A DNA stretch of 64,000 bases from Anthoceros angustus (lineage: Eukaryota; Plantae; Anthocerotophyta): contig MU008160.1 of the NCBI GenBank assembly GCA_010909165.1, positions 1,798,001 through 1,862,000 of the forward strand, in the 5' to 3' direction. The position numbers were made by a program, and so were the translations under genes. Shown piece after piece: positions 48,684-61,485 of this stretch; the stretch's first letter is position 1, and every line of letters begins with the position of its first letter. The notes under the pieces were generated by a model, which ran no database searches, was not told the DNA's origin, and saw only the letters and a list, made by a program, of their open reading frames with translations.

Positions 48684-51105
48684 ATGGTCTCCTCTCGTAT
48701 TCTGGGGATTGCCTGGCGGACTGCTTGGCATCCATGCATGTCCTCACAGTGCCGGCGGATGGCACCATGCGGTGTGCTGGCAAGCCACAGACTTGGAGAT
48801 CCAGTTTCAGACCGAGGTGTGGGGTTGACAAGGAAGAATGGTACATTGTGTCTGAGAAGGCATGTGTCGTCCCAATGCAGTCCAAGGAGAGGAGGGAGGA
48901 CGAGGGCACAGATTCTCACTCAGGAGGATGTTGGGGTAGGCCAGAAGGATGTGGAGGGGAGTGTGGAGTACGAGGCTGTGATTGGGATCGAGACCCATGT
49001 CCAGCTTTCCACTGCTACCAAGGCATTCTGTTCCTGCTACTCTGTGTATGGCTCGGAGCCCAACTCGAATGTGTGCCCTGTTTGCATGGGCCTGCCAGGC
49101 ACCCTGCCTGTGTTGAATCAGAAGGTGGTGGAATGTGCAGTGAAGCTGGGGTTGGCATTGAATTCGGAAATCGCTCTGAAATCTAAGTTCGACAGGAAGC
49201 AGTACTTCTATCCAGATCTGCCTAAAGGCTACCAGATATCTCAGTTTGATGTCCCCATTGCAACGGGGGGTAGTGTGGAGGTGGATGTGCCGGTGGAGGC
49301 TGGTGGGGGGCATAGAAGGTTCGGTATCACCCGAGTTCACATGGAGGAAGATGCTGGCAAACTCATGCATGCAGAGAAGTCTACTGGTTTTTCTCAAGTA
49401 GGTCGGCATTGATGTTTGATTCAAGCAGGCCAGTGTTTGAAGCCTGGCATGTGAGTCCATTGACAGAGTATGCTTGTAGGTGGATTTGAACAGGGCTGGT
49501 GTGCCCTTGCTGGAAGTTGTTTCCGAGCCAGAAATGCGGTCAGGGGTAGAGGCTGCGGAGTACGCAGCAGAGCTGCAGCGGCTTGTCAGATACCTGGGCA
49601 TCGGCAATGGGAACATGCAGGAAGGCTCACTTCGTTGTGATGTGAATGTGTCTGTCAGGCCAAGGGGACAAGACAAGTTTGGCACCAAGGTTGGTTTTTT
49701 CCTGTGTATGGGACAAATCCTGTGTGCAACGTGCTCCGCAGGCTCTTCGTGTTTGGCTTGTTGATGTGTTGGCTCCTGCCGTCTCGATCAGGTGGAGATA
49801 AAGAACATGAACTCGTTTTCTGCTATGCAACGTGCCATCGATTTTGAGATCACGAGGCAAGTTGCTCTTCTACGGGAAGGTTCTGGGCATGAAATAGTGC
49901 AAGAAACTCGACTCTGGGAGGAGGGGGCGCAGGTCTTCCTCTGCATGCTTATTCTAGACAGGTGCACCGTGTCACGATGTGAGGGATTGTGGTCCAAGCA
50001 TTGTGATGCGTTTTGTTGGCTGTTACCAGAGGACGGTGACGATGCGAAAGAAGGAAGGGCTTGCCGACTACAGATACTTTCCTGAGCCAGATTTGCCTGA
50101 GGTTATCCTGAGTGAGCAGTTTGTGGACAGCTTTCGCAGAACGCTGCCAGAGCTCCCGGACAACAAGCGAAGGCGTTATGAGGCCTTGGGACTGAGCATG
50201 CAGGATGTCATTCTGCTGGCCAATGACGTTGATGTAATTTCTCTCTCCACTAAGATCGATTACAGTTTTCCTCTGTCTCTGCTACCGTTTCTGCATGACA
50301 TCTAATGTGTTTCTTCCGACTCCAACTCCAGATAGCAGCCTTCTTTGATGCAGTTCTGGAGAAGGGCAGCGATGCAAAGCAGGCTGCAAACTGGATAATG
50401 GGCGACATTGCAGCATATCTGAACAGCCAGAAACTTGGAATTTCTGACACTAAGCTGACTCCATCAACTCTAGCTGAGCTGATCGCTCTCATAAAGAATG
50501 CAACCATTAGCGGGAAGATTGCCAAGGAGGTATTGATCACTGCTCCGGCACCCCTGATTGTTTCTTCCTTACCAGGAATCACGATCGGAATGGGAGTGAG
50601 GTAACCACCATGTGCTGCAGATTCTACCTGAACTTGTGGAAAAGGGAGGAACAGTCACGGAACTAATTGAATCCAAAGGTCTACTCCAGGTATTTTCCAT
50701 GTAGTCACTCTCCCTGTTTCCATCAGTATTACTACTTTGCCCACATGGTCAGGACGTCCTGCTTGCAGATATCAGATGAAGCTGTAATAGCAGAAATGAT
50801 CAACAAGGTCTTGGCCGACAACCCTAAACAGGTGGAATCTTACCGGGGAGGCAAAACAAAACTGCTGGGTTTCTTTGTTGGCCAGGTATGGTGGCTTCTT
50901 CCTCCATCAACACACATGGTGACCAATCTCTCTTTTCTGCAACATCATCACACGTTCCTCTTTTAAGAGCCTGACAACTCTCACACAGACTAGGCTGTTA
51001 ATCCTCCCATCACCTGCTTGTTTTCAACAGGTGATGAAAGCGTCTGGTGGAAGGGTGAATCCGGCCCTGATGAACAACATTCTGCTAGAGAAGCTCAAGG
51101 CGTAA
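48684..51105 (+). CDS. GATB: Glutamyl-tRNA(Gln) amidotransferase subunit B, organellar, 8 exons
   Basis: Exons 48684-49397, 49480-49689, 49792-49932, 50030-50233, 50332-50529, 50621-50689, 50769-50885 and 51031-51105. Motifs [69 protein letters not shown]. Confidence 0.97.
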
Positions 51106-51648
51106 TGGACACAGAACCTGAAGGCATAATGCACACAAAAAGGAACCGCTGTGACCTTGTATCACCCTAAAACCAAAGCAAAGCAGAAGTGGGTCTTGGA
51201 ACTTGTGGGAGCTGTCGCAAGCAACCCTCTGTCCTCACAAGCCTTCCTGACATCACGTGAAACGCTGACCCGGGTTCAAACCTAACCCGAGCGTGTGGTC
51301 AGACGGAGTCAGGAGGTCTCATCGAGAAACCCCTTCTCGCACAACTCGCAGGGTCGTGAATTTGGTGCACGCACCCGGCTTGCGTGCTGGGGGGGAGCGG
51401 ATAGAGGCGTACGGACCCGAGAGGGCTTGTGGGAGTGGCGAAGAATTGTCTGGATCAATGGAGTCGTGAGACGGACGAAAATGCTGCATCCAGGGGGCAG
51501 AAGACCGTATGCGCAGGGATACGAGAATCTTTGTGGGCGTCAGGGCAGAGCAAAAGCTCTTTCTTGGTAGGAGAAGCGGAATGGCGTGAAGTCTGTTTAG
51601 GAGACGCACGCAAGCAGGTAGCTGAAATGGGTGTTCACTTTTGAGGCC

Positions 51649-53805
51649 ATGGCGGACGGCGGGGGGCAGGGGCTCGGGGGCCTGCCCGAGCCTGTGCTGT
51701 TCGGAATCGTGTCACGGCTGGATGTGCCGTCCATCTGTGCCGTGGCCGCGTCGTGTCGCTTCCTGTATGCCTGCGCGCAGCAGGTGGTGCCGCACGTTCA
51801 AGTTATTGATCTTCTGGTATGTGTTGTTCTTGAGCTTTTGCAGGCATGCAGTTTGCTTGCGGAATGAAGTGTTGATGGGGATGTTGGGGTGGTTGGCAGG
51901 ATCATTGTCCGAACTGGCATGTTCTGTCCAGATGGTTGTCCTGTAATAGGGACCTTTCGACCCTGAAGCTGGATTGCAGCTATCTCGACGATTCAGCAAT
52001 CGAGTTCATTGTGAAACCCAAGCTGCAGGAGTTGGTTCTGAAGAATTGTGATCTTTTCTCGTCCAACCTTCTCGAACAGATTGGGAGACGTTGCCTTGAC
52101 TTGAGGTGTGTGAACGAGCGTGTTTCTTATCGCGGCTGTGCTGTGCCGTGCCATATGAGCGTTGCTGTTGGTTTTGTTGGTTTACCGTGTTTCTCTGAAC
52201 ACATTCCTTCAGATCACTGTCATTGGAGCTAGGTTGGCAAGAAGACAGGCACGAGATTGTTGGTTTCAGTTCGGGTCTTGAGTCACTGCTTCAAAGCTGT
52301 GCTTATTTAGAGGTGAGAGGTGCCAGTGGTTTGATCTTTCTTGCTCTAGTTCTTCTGTACGGTTTTGGATGTGAATGTTGATTGTGGCCATTGGATGACG
52401 GCAGGCCTTATCCTTGAGGTTTGAAGGATCGTATTTTGACAGTGATTCTTTTGCGGCAATACCCCGGCTTGTGGCTCCCACACTGAAGGCTCTTGATATC
52501 GGCTATGTGGCAGAAAGAGATGCCAAGAAGCTGTTTCGCCCCATCAGGGATGGGCGGAATCATGGGAATGGTTTGGATGGTGGGAATCTTGGGGCATTGG
52601 GGGGTTGGAACATCCAGAAGCTATCTTTGGTACTGGATCGCATAACAGATGCTCTGATGGTATCCATCTACCGTTCTCTTCCCGTTCTACTTGAGCTGGA
52701 GCTGCGCGATGAACCATCGGAAGAACCCCTTCCATCCTTTGACTTGACCAATTGGGGTGTCCAGCAAGTTGGAGGTTGTTCTCTGCTACGACGGTTGTCA
52801 ATTGTACGGAGTCATGAGTGTTTCCCAGCCACCTTCAAGAGGGTGAATGACCTCGGCATTTTCCTCATGGCTGAGAACTGTCGGAATCTGGAGAGTATTA
52901 CCCTTGGAGGGTTCTCCAGAATAACAGATGCTGGCTGCAGGGAAATTCTACACAGCTGCCTGAAGTTGCAGACATTCGAGCTCCTGCACACGACACAGCT
53001 TACAGATTTGGCTTTCATCGATTTATCAGCAACTCCGTTGGCCTTGGTGTCTGTCAGTCTGGCCTCGTGTAATCATATCAGTGACTACTCTGTACAGCAT
53101 CTCGCATTCTGTCGAAACCTTGAAGTTTTGAATTTCAGGGGCTGCAGGAGCGTCGGGGATGATGGCTTGCAGGCCATCTCAGGTCTTCTGAAATTAAGGG
53201 TGCTGGTTTTGAATGGTTCTGATACCAGTGACGTTGGTCTGGCTGTTCTTGGGAAAGGGGCGACGCCTTTGGTCTCACTTTCTCTCAGGGGCTGTCAGAG
53301 AGTTACAGATAAAGGCATCTTGTCCCTGTTGGAAGGTGAGCTCGTGAACACTCTGCAAACGTTGGATCTCTCAAGCATTCCTGCTCTGACTGACAAAGTC
53401 ACACTAGCAATAGTACGCAGTGGTACACTGGTGAGCGAGTTGCGGCTTCGTGACTGCCCCTTGATCTGTGACACTTCAGTGATGGCTCTTGCATCTATGT
53501 TCCATACCGGGGGCTGGGGATCTGCCCTCAAGGTCCTCGACTTGTGGAATTGCCGAGGAATTTCTAGAGCTTCGTTGCCATGGTTCAGAAGGCCTTACTT
53601 CCCAAGGCTGCGCTGGCTGGGACTCGGGAAGAACTTGAGTCCAGAGGTCTTGGAGGCCCTTGGCTTGGAACGACCATCTCTGCGAATTTGTTCTCACGGA
53701 GCAGAACTTGACCATTGTACCACGGGGGAAGGTGAGGACCCACCCCACTACAGATCCAGGTACGAGGAAGAAGATGAGCTCGAAAGGTGGTTGAAAGAGA
53801 GGTGA
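51649..53805 (+). CDS. F-box/LRR-repeat protein (FBL10 / At2g17020-like), 4 exons
   Basis: Exons 51649-51816, 51900-52105, 52213-52312 and 52405-53805. N-terminal F-box LGGLPEPVLFGIVSRL. LRRs with FKRVNDLGIFLMAENC, GGFSRITDAG and PYFPRLRWLG. Acidic EDELERWL tail. Confidence 0.9.
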
Positions 53806-54390
53806 CAGGAAGATTTTGGCAGCTGCTGAGTGCTAGGTGCACGATATGAGCTGTACGTGGCAGGATGCGACTCTAGAGGAAGGCGACATCTTATCCAGAT
53901 GCTGTGCACTGCACATTGGATCTTCTACTGCACCTTCATGAAAGGGTTCAAATGCCGCTTTGTTGATGTTCCTTCGAAACAAGATGTGAACACTGTACAG
54001 ACGGTACCTACCTGTTGTCGCCACACGACAGGGCATTCCAGAAAATGCGCAAGCAATGGCACACGATCGTTCATGATTCTTGATTCTTGAGAGTTCACGC
54101 TATCCCTGCACAGCCTCTCAGGCCCTCACGGACGTAAAAGACAGTCTGGCACATGATGGTGTCAGAGATTCTATAAAAACCAAAGGAGCTGCTCAAAGCC
54201 TCAGGTCTGCCGCAACGGCATCTTAGAACCGGGGAGGGGAAGCTTGTTATTTAGACCCCCTTCAACGGAGACGAATTTGATTGGCTCCTGCAGACTCGGA
54301 AGATGCTTCAGAATGGAAGGTGGGCGTCAAGACTCGTGACTCCAGCATGTCTGGTGATCTTTAGTCAACCTGGACAATGCAGGGTTGGTT

Positions 54391-57300
54391 ATGGAGTATA
54401 TGTATACAAGATTATCATACACTTCTTTCTCCCCTTCATTTTCCAGTCTTGCAGGGAGCTCGTCTGAAACCTCGGACTTGGCAAGGCCTCTGCTTCCCAA
54501 CATGTGGTCTCTCCAGAAATTCAAGAGCAGGTTTATTGGGGACTATGACTGGAATTTTCTCTGCACGCCAAGGATTTCGTTGAAGGGTCATCGGGATTTG
54601 GCTCCTTTCTACAGCAGGGATGAAAAGATATCGCCTTTGCTGGCCATAATCATGGGGCTGCAGCACGCTCTGGCCATGGTATACCTTACATCCCTTGTCC
54701 AATGGACTCGCAGCTGCCAGATTGCTTCCAAGAATTCACGTTTCCTTCCTTCCATGCTCGGGTGTCTTCAGGTCGGTGGAATTGTGACACCTCCTTTGAT
54801 CATCTCAAGCGCCGCCGGATTCTCGACTCATCAACAAGCTTGTATGTTAGATGAACGCAGAACTTCAGTTCAGAATACCCTTCTTCGGTTTCTGCACTGT
54901 GGTTCAATTTCTGACCGGCTTGGTGGCTCATGCAGATCTTATTTCTGCGGCACTGATTGTTTCATCAATTGCATCATTGATACAAATACTTCAAATCAAA
55001 ATTCCCTTCTCACGGCTTGTGATTGGTGAGATGCAGCAGCAATTGTCTGGTTTACGTTGACAGTCTGGTTTTGTGAGAAAGGAGCCTTCAGCACACTTTC
55101 TCCACGTTTCAGGCTCTGGACTGCTCTCTGTGATGGGAGTCACCTTCGCCTTCCTACCTATTGGTAGGCGTCATCTTCACCCTGCCATTGTTAAGTGAGC
55201 TGCATGTCCTGTTTGTGCACTTGGTTTTGGGCTTTAAGAAGATGCTGGTCATGGTTTTATAACCCTGTTCGACATACTGGTCTGCAGCTCAAGAGACAAT
55301 TGCAACGTTGGGTCAATGCGCATGCGATGGGGTTCCTTGCACCGTAGGCACCACCGAGTGCAACAGTTGCGGTACGGAGTTATCAGGCCACTGTCTGACT
55401 GGCCCACAAGCGTATGGGAGTGTTCTGGGCACTGTAAGTTTTTGAGCGGAAGCCCCTACAAATCGTTGTAGCTTTGGTTTCTGTCTTTCATCGTCGAGAG
55501 GATTCGTTGTCCTTGAGGATCAGACAATACCTCAGCTCAAGGTTTGCAGCAAGCCACTTACTTTTTCGATAATGCTACAGGTCATGGTGTGTTGCTGGAT
55601 CCAGTGGATCTTATCATTAAGCTCTCCGAGGCTTCTACGTCGTATCTTCCCTCCTGTAGTTACAGGGGTGGCCCTTATGCTCATTGGGATATCGCTTGTG
55701 TCCACAGGGTTTCAATATTGGGGAGGTGGTTCATACTGTGCCAGCCAGGTACATACACTCCTCTTGAATGGGCTTACCTGTTGGTTTTGGTAAAGCCGAC
55801 ATTATTACCAATCCTTCGTCCGATGCTTTCAGGTCCTGACAAGCAAGGCACTGTGTAATGGCAACGGCGAAGTGATGCTGCCTTTTGGTGATCGCCACTA
55901 TTTGGGCCTCGGTTTCACGGTCTTCTGTACTCTGGTGGCCGTTGAGTTGTTTGGATCTCCTTTCATGCGTAACATACAGGTCAGGGTGACAACAAACACA
56001 CAGGTTACTGAGAAGGCTTGCTGGTCCGAGTTTGGGAAGCAGGCGTCTCATATTCCTTGATTCTGGCCTTGTTCGATGTTAGCAGGTCATCATAGGTCTC
56101 ACTGTGGGCATGATTGTAGCATCAGCCACAAGCGCTACTGTATGTTCTGCTGATGGAAGTTGCCGAAGCTTGCGGTAAGGACTCTTCTTCTTTTAGCCTC
56201 ACAGGTTGGTGCCATAACTCTCTATCTCAGCGTGCAGATGCTTGGAACATATATCTGATGCCTAGGCTTGTCTCATTCTCTGCTTGACGCAGATATGTGA
56301 CTTCACAGAAAATATCCGACGCAGATTGGGTGACTTTCCTGTGGCGGCATACCTTCCCCCTCAAAGTCTATGGCCCTGCAATTTTACCAATGCTCCTTGC
56401 ATTCATAGTAACATCAATGGAATGCATAGGAGATGTGACAGCGACCACAGAGGCCAGTGGCCTGCCACCCCACGGTAACTTTTCGGGCCTCTTAACTTCT
56501 CCTGTGATGAAAGCTTTGGATCATCCCATATTGACCTTTCCTATCAGCTGTGTTGTAGGCGAGGAGTTTGAGAGATCACTGCAAGGAGCCATATTGGCTG
56601 ATGGTGTAAACGCATTATGGGGAGCTTTGGCAACAATGGTGCCTGTAACAACATATGCACAAAACAATGGTGTCATATCTCTCTCCCGCTGTGCATCAAG
56701 ACGAGCTGGGTTTGCCTGCTGTGCGTGGTTGTTTCTACTTGGGGTCATCGCAAAATTCGCAGCAATCATTCTCACTATCCCAGATTGTGTGCTGGGAGGG
56801 ATGACAACTTTTCTGTTCACAAGTGTGGTTGCTTCAGGCGTTCATGTTCTCCATCTCAAGGATGGCATGACCAGGAGAAACAGATTCATAGTAACGATGT
56901 CACTGGGACTAGGCCTAGGTGTAAATCTCGTGCCGGCCTGGGTGAACATATCAGGACAAGCCAGCTATCCTAACCAGGGAAACTTCTGGCCGGTCAGGGA
57001 CCACTGGAGCAGCGCTTATAAAGGTCCAGGACTCAGATCCAGTCATCCTTGTCTTATTCGGGACATGTGCCGCTTTCCGATCCAGCAGACTTATCCTTAC
57101 ATTGCGGACTTGGTGTGGCTCACGCAGGGTTTCGAGATGCCGTTATCCTCGTTCTGTCAACTGGCTTTTCTCTTGGTGGATTCACCGCCCTCCTCCTCAA
57201 TCTTCTCCTTCCGTTCGACAAGGCGGAAGAAGCGGGTCTTGGGGAACCGGCAGTGGTTCCAATCGACGACAGGTTAGCCTCTATGACTATCCAGTTGGTT

Positions 57301-57426
57301 GTATTGAGTGTCTTCGTTTCTTCTGGGATTGTTCTAAAAGGCTGCGCTCTCTCAACCTTTTCCAGATCTCCCGAAAAGCAGACGCCAACACAATCTCTTA
57401 TTGAAATCAAGAGCGCAAGGCCGTAA
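54391..57426 (+). CDS. NCS2/NAT-family uric acid-xanthine permease, UapA-like, ~13 exons (start codon uncertain)
   Basis: GLQHALAM, GLLSVMGVTFAFLP, RRIFPPVVTG..LMLIG, PFG...GLGF, MECIGDVTAT, NAT motif TYAQNNGVISLSR (~56660), VLGGMTTFLF, RRNRFI. GT-AG introns traced; stop at 57426. Confidence 0.9.
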
Positions 57427-57647
57427 GGAACGCAAAATAAGATGTGTCCAATGCTCTTCGTGTATGAGGCCTCACATACACCTATGTGGACTTAGGATAG
57501 CCAGCTCGCCTATCTATAATATGGAAAGTGTATAGGAAAGTGTATAAATTTAAAGTGTATGGTCAAATAAATGGTTCAATAATATGTTGAACATGGTTTT
57601 GGATATCTAGGTTCTTAATACTGTACTTCAATTCAATCCAATAAAAG

Positions 57648-59087
57648 TGGCAACCGAGGCCAGACGGGAAGTGGAGAACCAGATTGCTTGTGATTAAGCA
57701 TCCTTGAGCTTAGATCGGTACTTAGATGGGGTGCCTAAAGGGAGTGGACGCCCTTGGTGCAAGTCGCATACGCACACCATAGTACAAGTTAAGTACCAAG
57801 TCCCATGACGGAAATCCGTCCTTAGTGGACTTAAATAAAATTCTTCTTCTTCTTGTGCCTGCGAGGATGGTGGATTCTTCCAGGTGACCATTGATGCATC
57901 GAGGAATTCAAAGGGTCCCATTTCACTTTCCGTATGGCAGCTGGTGAATCATGGAGTTCCGCTCTCCGTGCTCAAAGACGGCATGGATGCAGCCAAGAGA
58001 TTCTTCGCCTTGCCTGACGAGGTCAAGCAAAAGTATGCCTTCGCCCCGCGTGGCACATCCAGGAACTGGTCTGGATATGGCAGGTTCGTGCAGGTCGGAA
58101 ACAGCGAGCTGGAGTGGTAAGACACTTTCTTCCACTATGACCCGGTGGTTCACGGCCCCGGTGGGGTAGATTGGCCAGAGCAACCCGCAGATTACGCGTA
58201 AGAAATACAATGCAGAGCAATTTGATGCATCCATTTGAATGCACCCTGCACTATTTGCTGTGGTACGACTTGAAATCAAGGGACTAGTGCTTGAATATCT
58301 GCGTCAATAGTGCTTGTGCTTGTGCTTTTATCTTGCATTTGGTGCAGGGACAAGATGGGGGAATACAAGAGGCAACAATTCCAACTTATGTAGACGTTGC
58401 ACGAGATCACCTGCAACAATCTTGGCTTGCCCAGCACATACCTAGATGAAAATGTTGCCAAATCGAAGGTGGTTAGAGTGAACTACTATCCGCCATGCTC
58501 CAGGCCCGAGGATGTGCTGGGCCTGAATGCTCACACCGACGTTAGCACCTTCACCATCCTGTACCAAGAGGAGGTTGCGGGGTTGGAGGTGCTGCATAAC
58601 AAGGAGTGGGTCCCAGTCGAGCCTACACCTGGTGCCTTGGTGATCAGCGTCGGTGACACCCTCGAGGTATGCTTCCAGGGGCTGTAGGCTGTGGGTTGTA
58701 TGTATACCACCAGGACACTCCAGATGTCATCTCTCGGTCACTGGGTTTGCGGTTTGCATTTGCCTGATGCCAGCCTGGGTACTCACAAATGGGAAGTACA
58801 AGGGCGTGATGCACAGAGCTTTGGTGAATGCGGAGCGAGAGAGGATGTCCATCGTGTTCGCAACAGGACCAAGCATGGATTGGACGCTGGGGCCAGTACC
58901 CGAGCTGCTTGGCCCTGACAATCCTGCTATCTTCCGCTCCTTGGCTCATGTGGAGTACTGCCGCCTGCGGTTGGCCACGAAATATGACTCCAAACGCTAC
59001 GTGTACACCGAATTCGGCAAGCGGAAGAACTCCGAGGCTCTGCTGATCAGTGGGTTGGATTTGAGTGCGGTCGGACACTGTTCATAG
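57648..59087 (+). pseudogene. 2-oxoglutarate/Fe(II) dioxygenase (DOXC-type) pseudogene
   Basis: EVENQIAC|ACEDGGFFQ, LVNHG, NYYPPC, HTD, HRA and RMS motifs are present. Lesions: a 159-bp insert in exon 1, TAA at 58118, TAG at 58391, a probable lost acceptor at ~58780, and a missing N-terminus. Confidence 0.9.
57693..57851 (+). mobile_element. SINE-like / non-LTR 3'-end repeat with AATAAA and a (TTC)n tail, copy 2, flanked by TSD CTTGTG
   Basis: CTTGTG occurs at 57687-57692 and 57852-57857. Removing the insert restores CAG ATT GCT TGT GCC TGC GAG. Confidence 0.85.
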
Positions 59088-60147
59088 AAGAATGCCATGG
59101 GACGTTGTGCATCTTACACTCTTCTTGTGGATCGTCGGAACGCCCCTGTGCCCTTGCCATGCCGCATCAATTTTTTATGACAGCACTTTGACCAGGAAGG
59201 GATCTCCTACATCACCATTCACACTGCAGTTCTGCACAATGTGCGCAAAGTTCCCGCTGTTCAGCTTCCTCTATGTAGAATGTACTTGTGCTTACAAATC
59301 TCTCCCTCTTTCCCGTTTTCATTACTGTGGCATGGAGGATTTCGTAAAAAATTGCCTCAGGAAGGTGCACGAGTCACACAGTGTATCCTGAATTCACCAG
59401 ATGCTGGATGTCCTGGTAGCTTTCAAGCTCAGCAACATCCTCACAAATCCCAAGAAACAGAGGCAGACTCTGGTGAAGCTTTCCCGGCTCAATGTTGAGA
59501 GTTCGCCTCTTCCCAGGGGCGAAAAGCACCACATATTGCCTGTTGTCCCGGACCCATGTAGGCAAGTCCGCTTCCTCGGAAGCTATTGCCGCCAACTTGC
59601 CTGAACTTCTGAGGGCTGATTTCAGAATATCATTCGCCCTCAGTACACTGTTGATGTGCTCGGTGCACTCTCCATGTCAACAGCACAACCAGTGGTACGT
59701 TCTATGATGACAGCACAAACCATTTCTGAGCACTTGTCTGTCGTTGTTGTTTCTCCTTCATACTACTTCGCTGCAAAAGCTTTGTATCATCCTACACCCG
59801 TAACACAACTGCCCCATCAGAACCACTCCCAAACGTATATGTGAGAGATGTACATCCAAGGCAGCAAGCCACAGTTTGTACCTTGTCTCCTGCTGCACGA
59901 CTCACAGCGGAACTCCACATGCTCAGTGGCAACCTCCTACATGCCCATGGATTGCAACTGTTCGATTCAGAGCTCCTTCCAGTCAAATAGCCCACCAGTC
60001 ACATCACATGTACCAACCATCTCTTACCCGTCCCTTAGTTGGATGTTGCATCCCTTTCGCAGAACACTCTCCTGCAGATCAAATATATTGCACAGCTCAG
60101 TGCCACGCAGCTCGTGTTCTGAGACAGCACTTGTGCCGTCTCACCTG

Positions 60148-60800
60148 GGTGTAAACGCATTCCAGCGAGGGATGGCAACAATTGTGCCTATAACGACGTA
60201 TGCACAAAACAACGGCACAAGTTGCCAACTTTGCCAAGGGAGGCTCCTATGTTGCCTTGGAAACTGGGCAGCGGTTGTATGCTGATGGGTTGGCCAGTGC
60301 TCTGGTTGGAGAACAAGGGCGAAGGTTGTTGTTTAGGTGGCAGCAGCCTGGTACGAAATGTATTCAAAGTGTGGTAGCCTTGAGGATGTTCAGCGTGTTA
60401 TGGTCTTGAGAAGAAAACTGTGACCGGAAGGCCATAGTAGGATGCTCCCAGCTGCAGCAGGGTATGGGCCAAACAGCTCCCCGGTCTACACAGGGCTGTG
60501 GAAGAAGGAGCACAATCTTGTTGCACCTGATTCTGTGACATTTGTGTGCTCTCTGCAGCTATGTGCAACTCGTAAATGACAAGGTTTGGACTCTTGGAGA
60601 TGACTTGCGGAGCTTCAAGTGAGATTCCAGCCTCAATTCCAGCGGGAGTTTTGGTAACCCGGTCATCTAGTCTGTTTCCAGGACTGTGTGCTGCTGGCTG
60701 GCGGGTGGGATGAGGGGGACCCCATGGGCATGCATAGACCTTGCACCCACAAACAAACCATCTTGCAGGGCGTCCGTGACGGCCTTCTTGGCTGGATCGC
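60148..60800 (+). pseudogene. Relic of a diverged second UapA-like permease
   Basis: GVNAFQRGMATIVPITTYAQNNG (60148-60216) against GVNALWGALATMVPVTTYAQNNG in the intact gene. A collinear acceptor plus GVRDG at ~60770 corresponds to GFRDA. Confidence 0.65.
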
Positions 60801-61485
60801 CTACAGGCTGTCAGGCCTCACCACCAGTGTGCCAATGACGATGCCACATCCGATTACACACTTGTTGTATGTTATTTGCACTCGCAGGTTCACACCATTC
60901 TCCGAAACATGTGGGACGCCATGACCTCAGAATCCCACTCATGGACTGCAACCACATGCGGCAGCGGCAATAGCGACACCAGTATGCACTGGAAAGCGGC
61001 AGAAACTTGTACTCCACTAGCTGCAGCTGGAGGCCCGTGTGATCCTGCTTACTCCTTCTCCAACCCACACACTCTACGGAGCAGGTGCGACAACCCACAA
61101 GCGACATACGGAGACCGTACGTGGCTGACAGCGCTGAGGCTATTCCTCCTTGAAATTTAGATGCTCAAAGAAATACCTCCAGCAGCAGAATGCTTCATTC
61201 AGCTGACAGACTCTTCGTGCGCTGGCCAGGGGAATGTCAGCCAAGTGACCCATCTGGTGACGTCTCGGAGTCAAGTCCTTCGTCAACATGCGGGTCTGGC
61301 TGACAGCTTCAAGCTCGGAGAATGCAGCAAGAACAAAAACAATTGTCATATGGCAGCTTCTCCTGGGCCCATCAGGCACAAGTAATGGACAGGAGGCCAT
61401 ATAATGGGAGGAAGCTAAGAAATCAATAAACTATCGAGAAGTTTTAGCTGGCAACATCTTATAATATCAGAAATGATTTAGAGTG

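Noticed and set aside
48807-49688. 293-aa antisense ORF
   Set aside because: Shadow of GATB exons on the opposite strand. The same applies to antisense ORFs over the F-box, permease and RLP genes.
51265-51295. GGTTCAAACC B-box-like motif suggesting a tRNA
   Set aside because: No A-box at the proper distance and no cloverleaf stems.
44274-59087. Possible purine or specialised-metabolism gene cluster (amidohydrolase, methyltransferase, permease, dioxygenase)
   Set aside because: Housekeeping GATB and an F-box gene are interspersed, the dioxygenase is a DOXC-type pseudogene rather than a TauD-type xanthine dioxygenase, and nothing in the sequence links the substrates.
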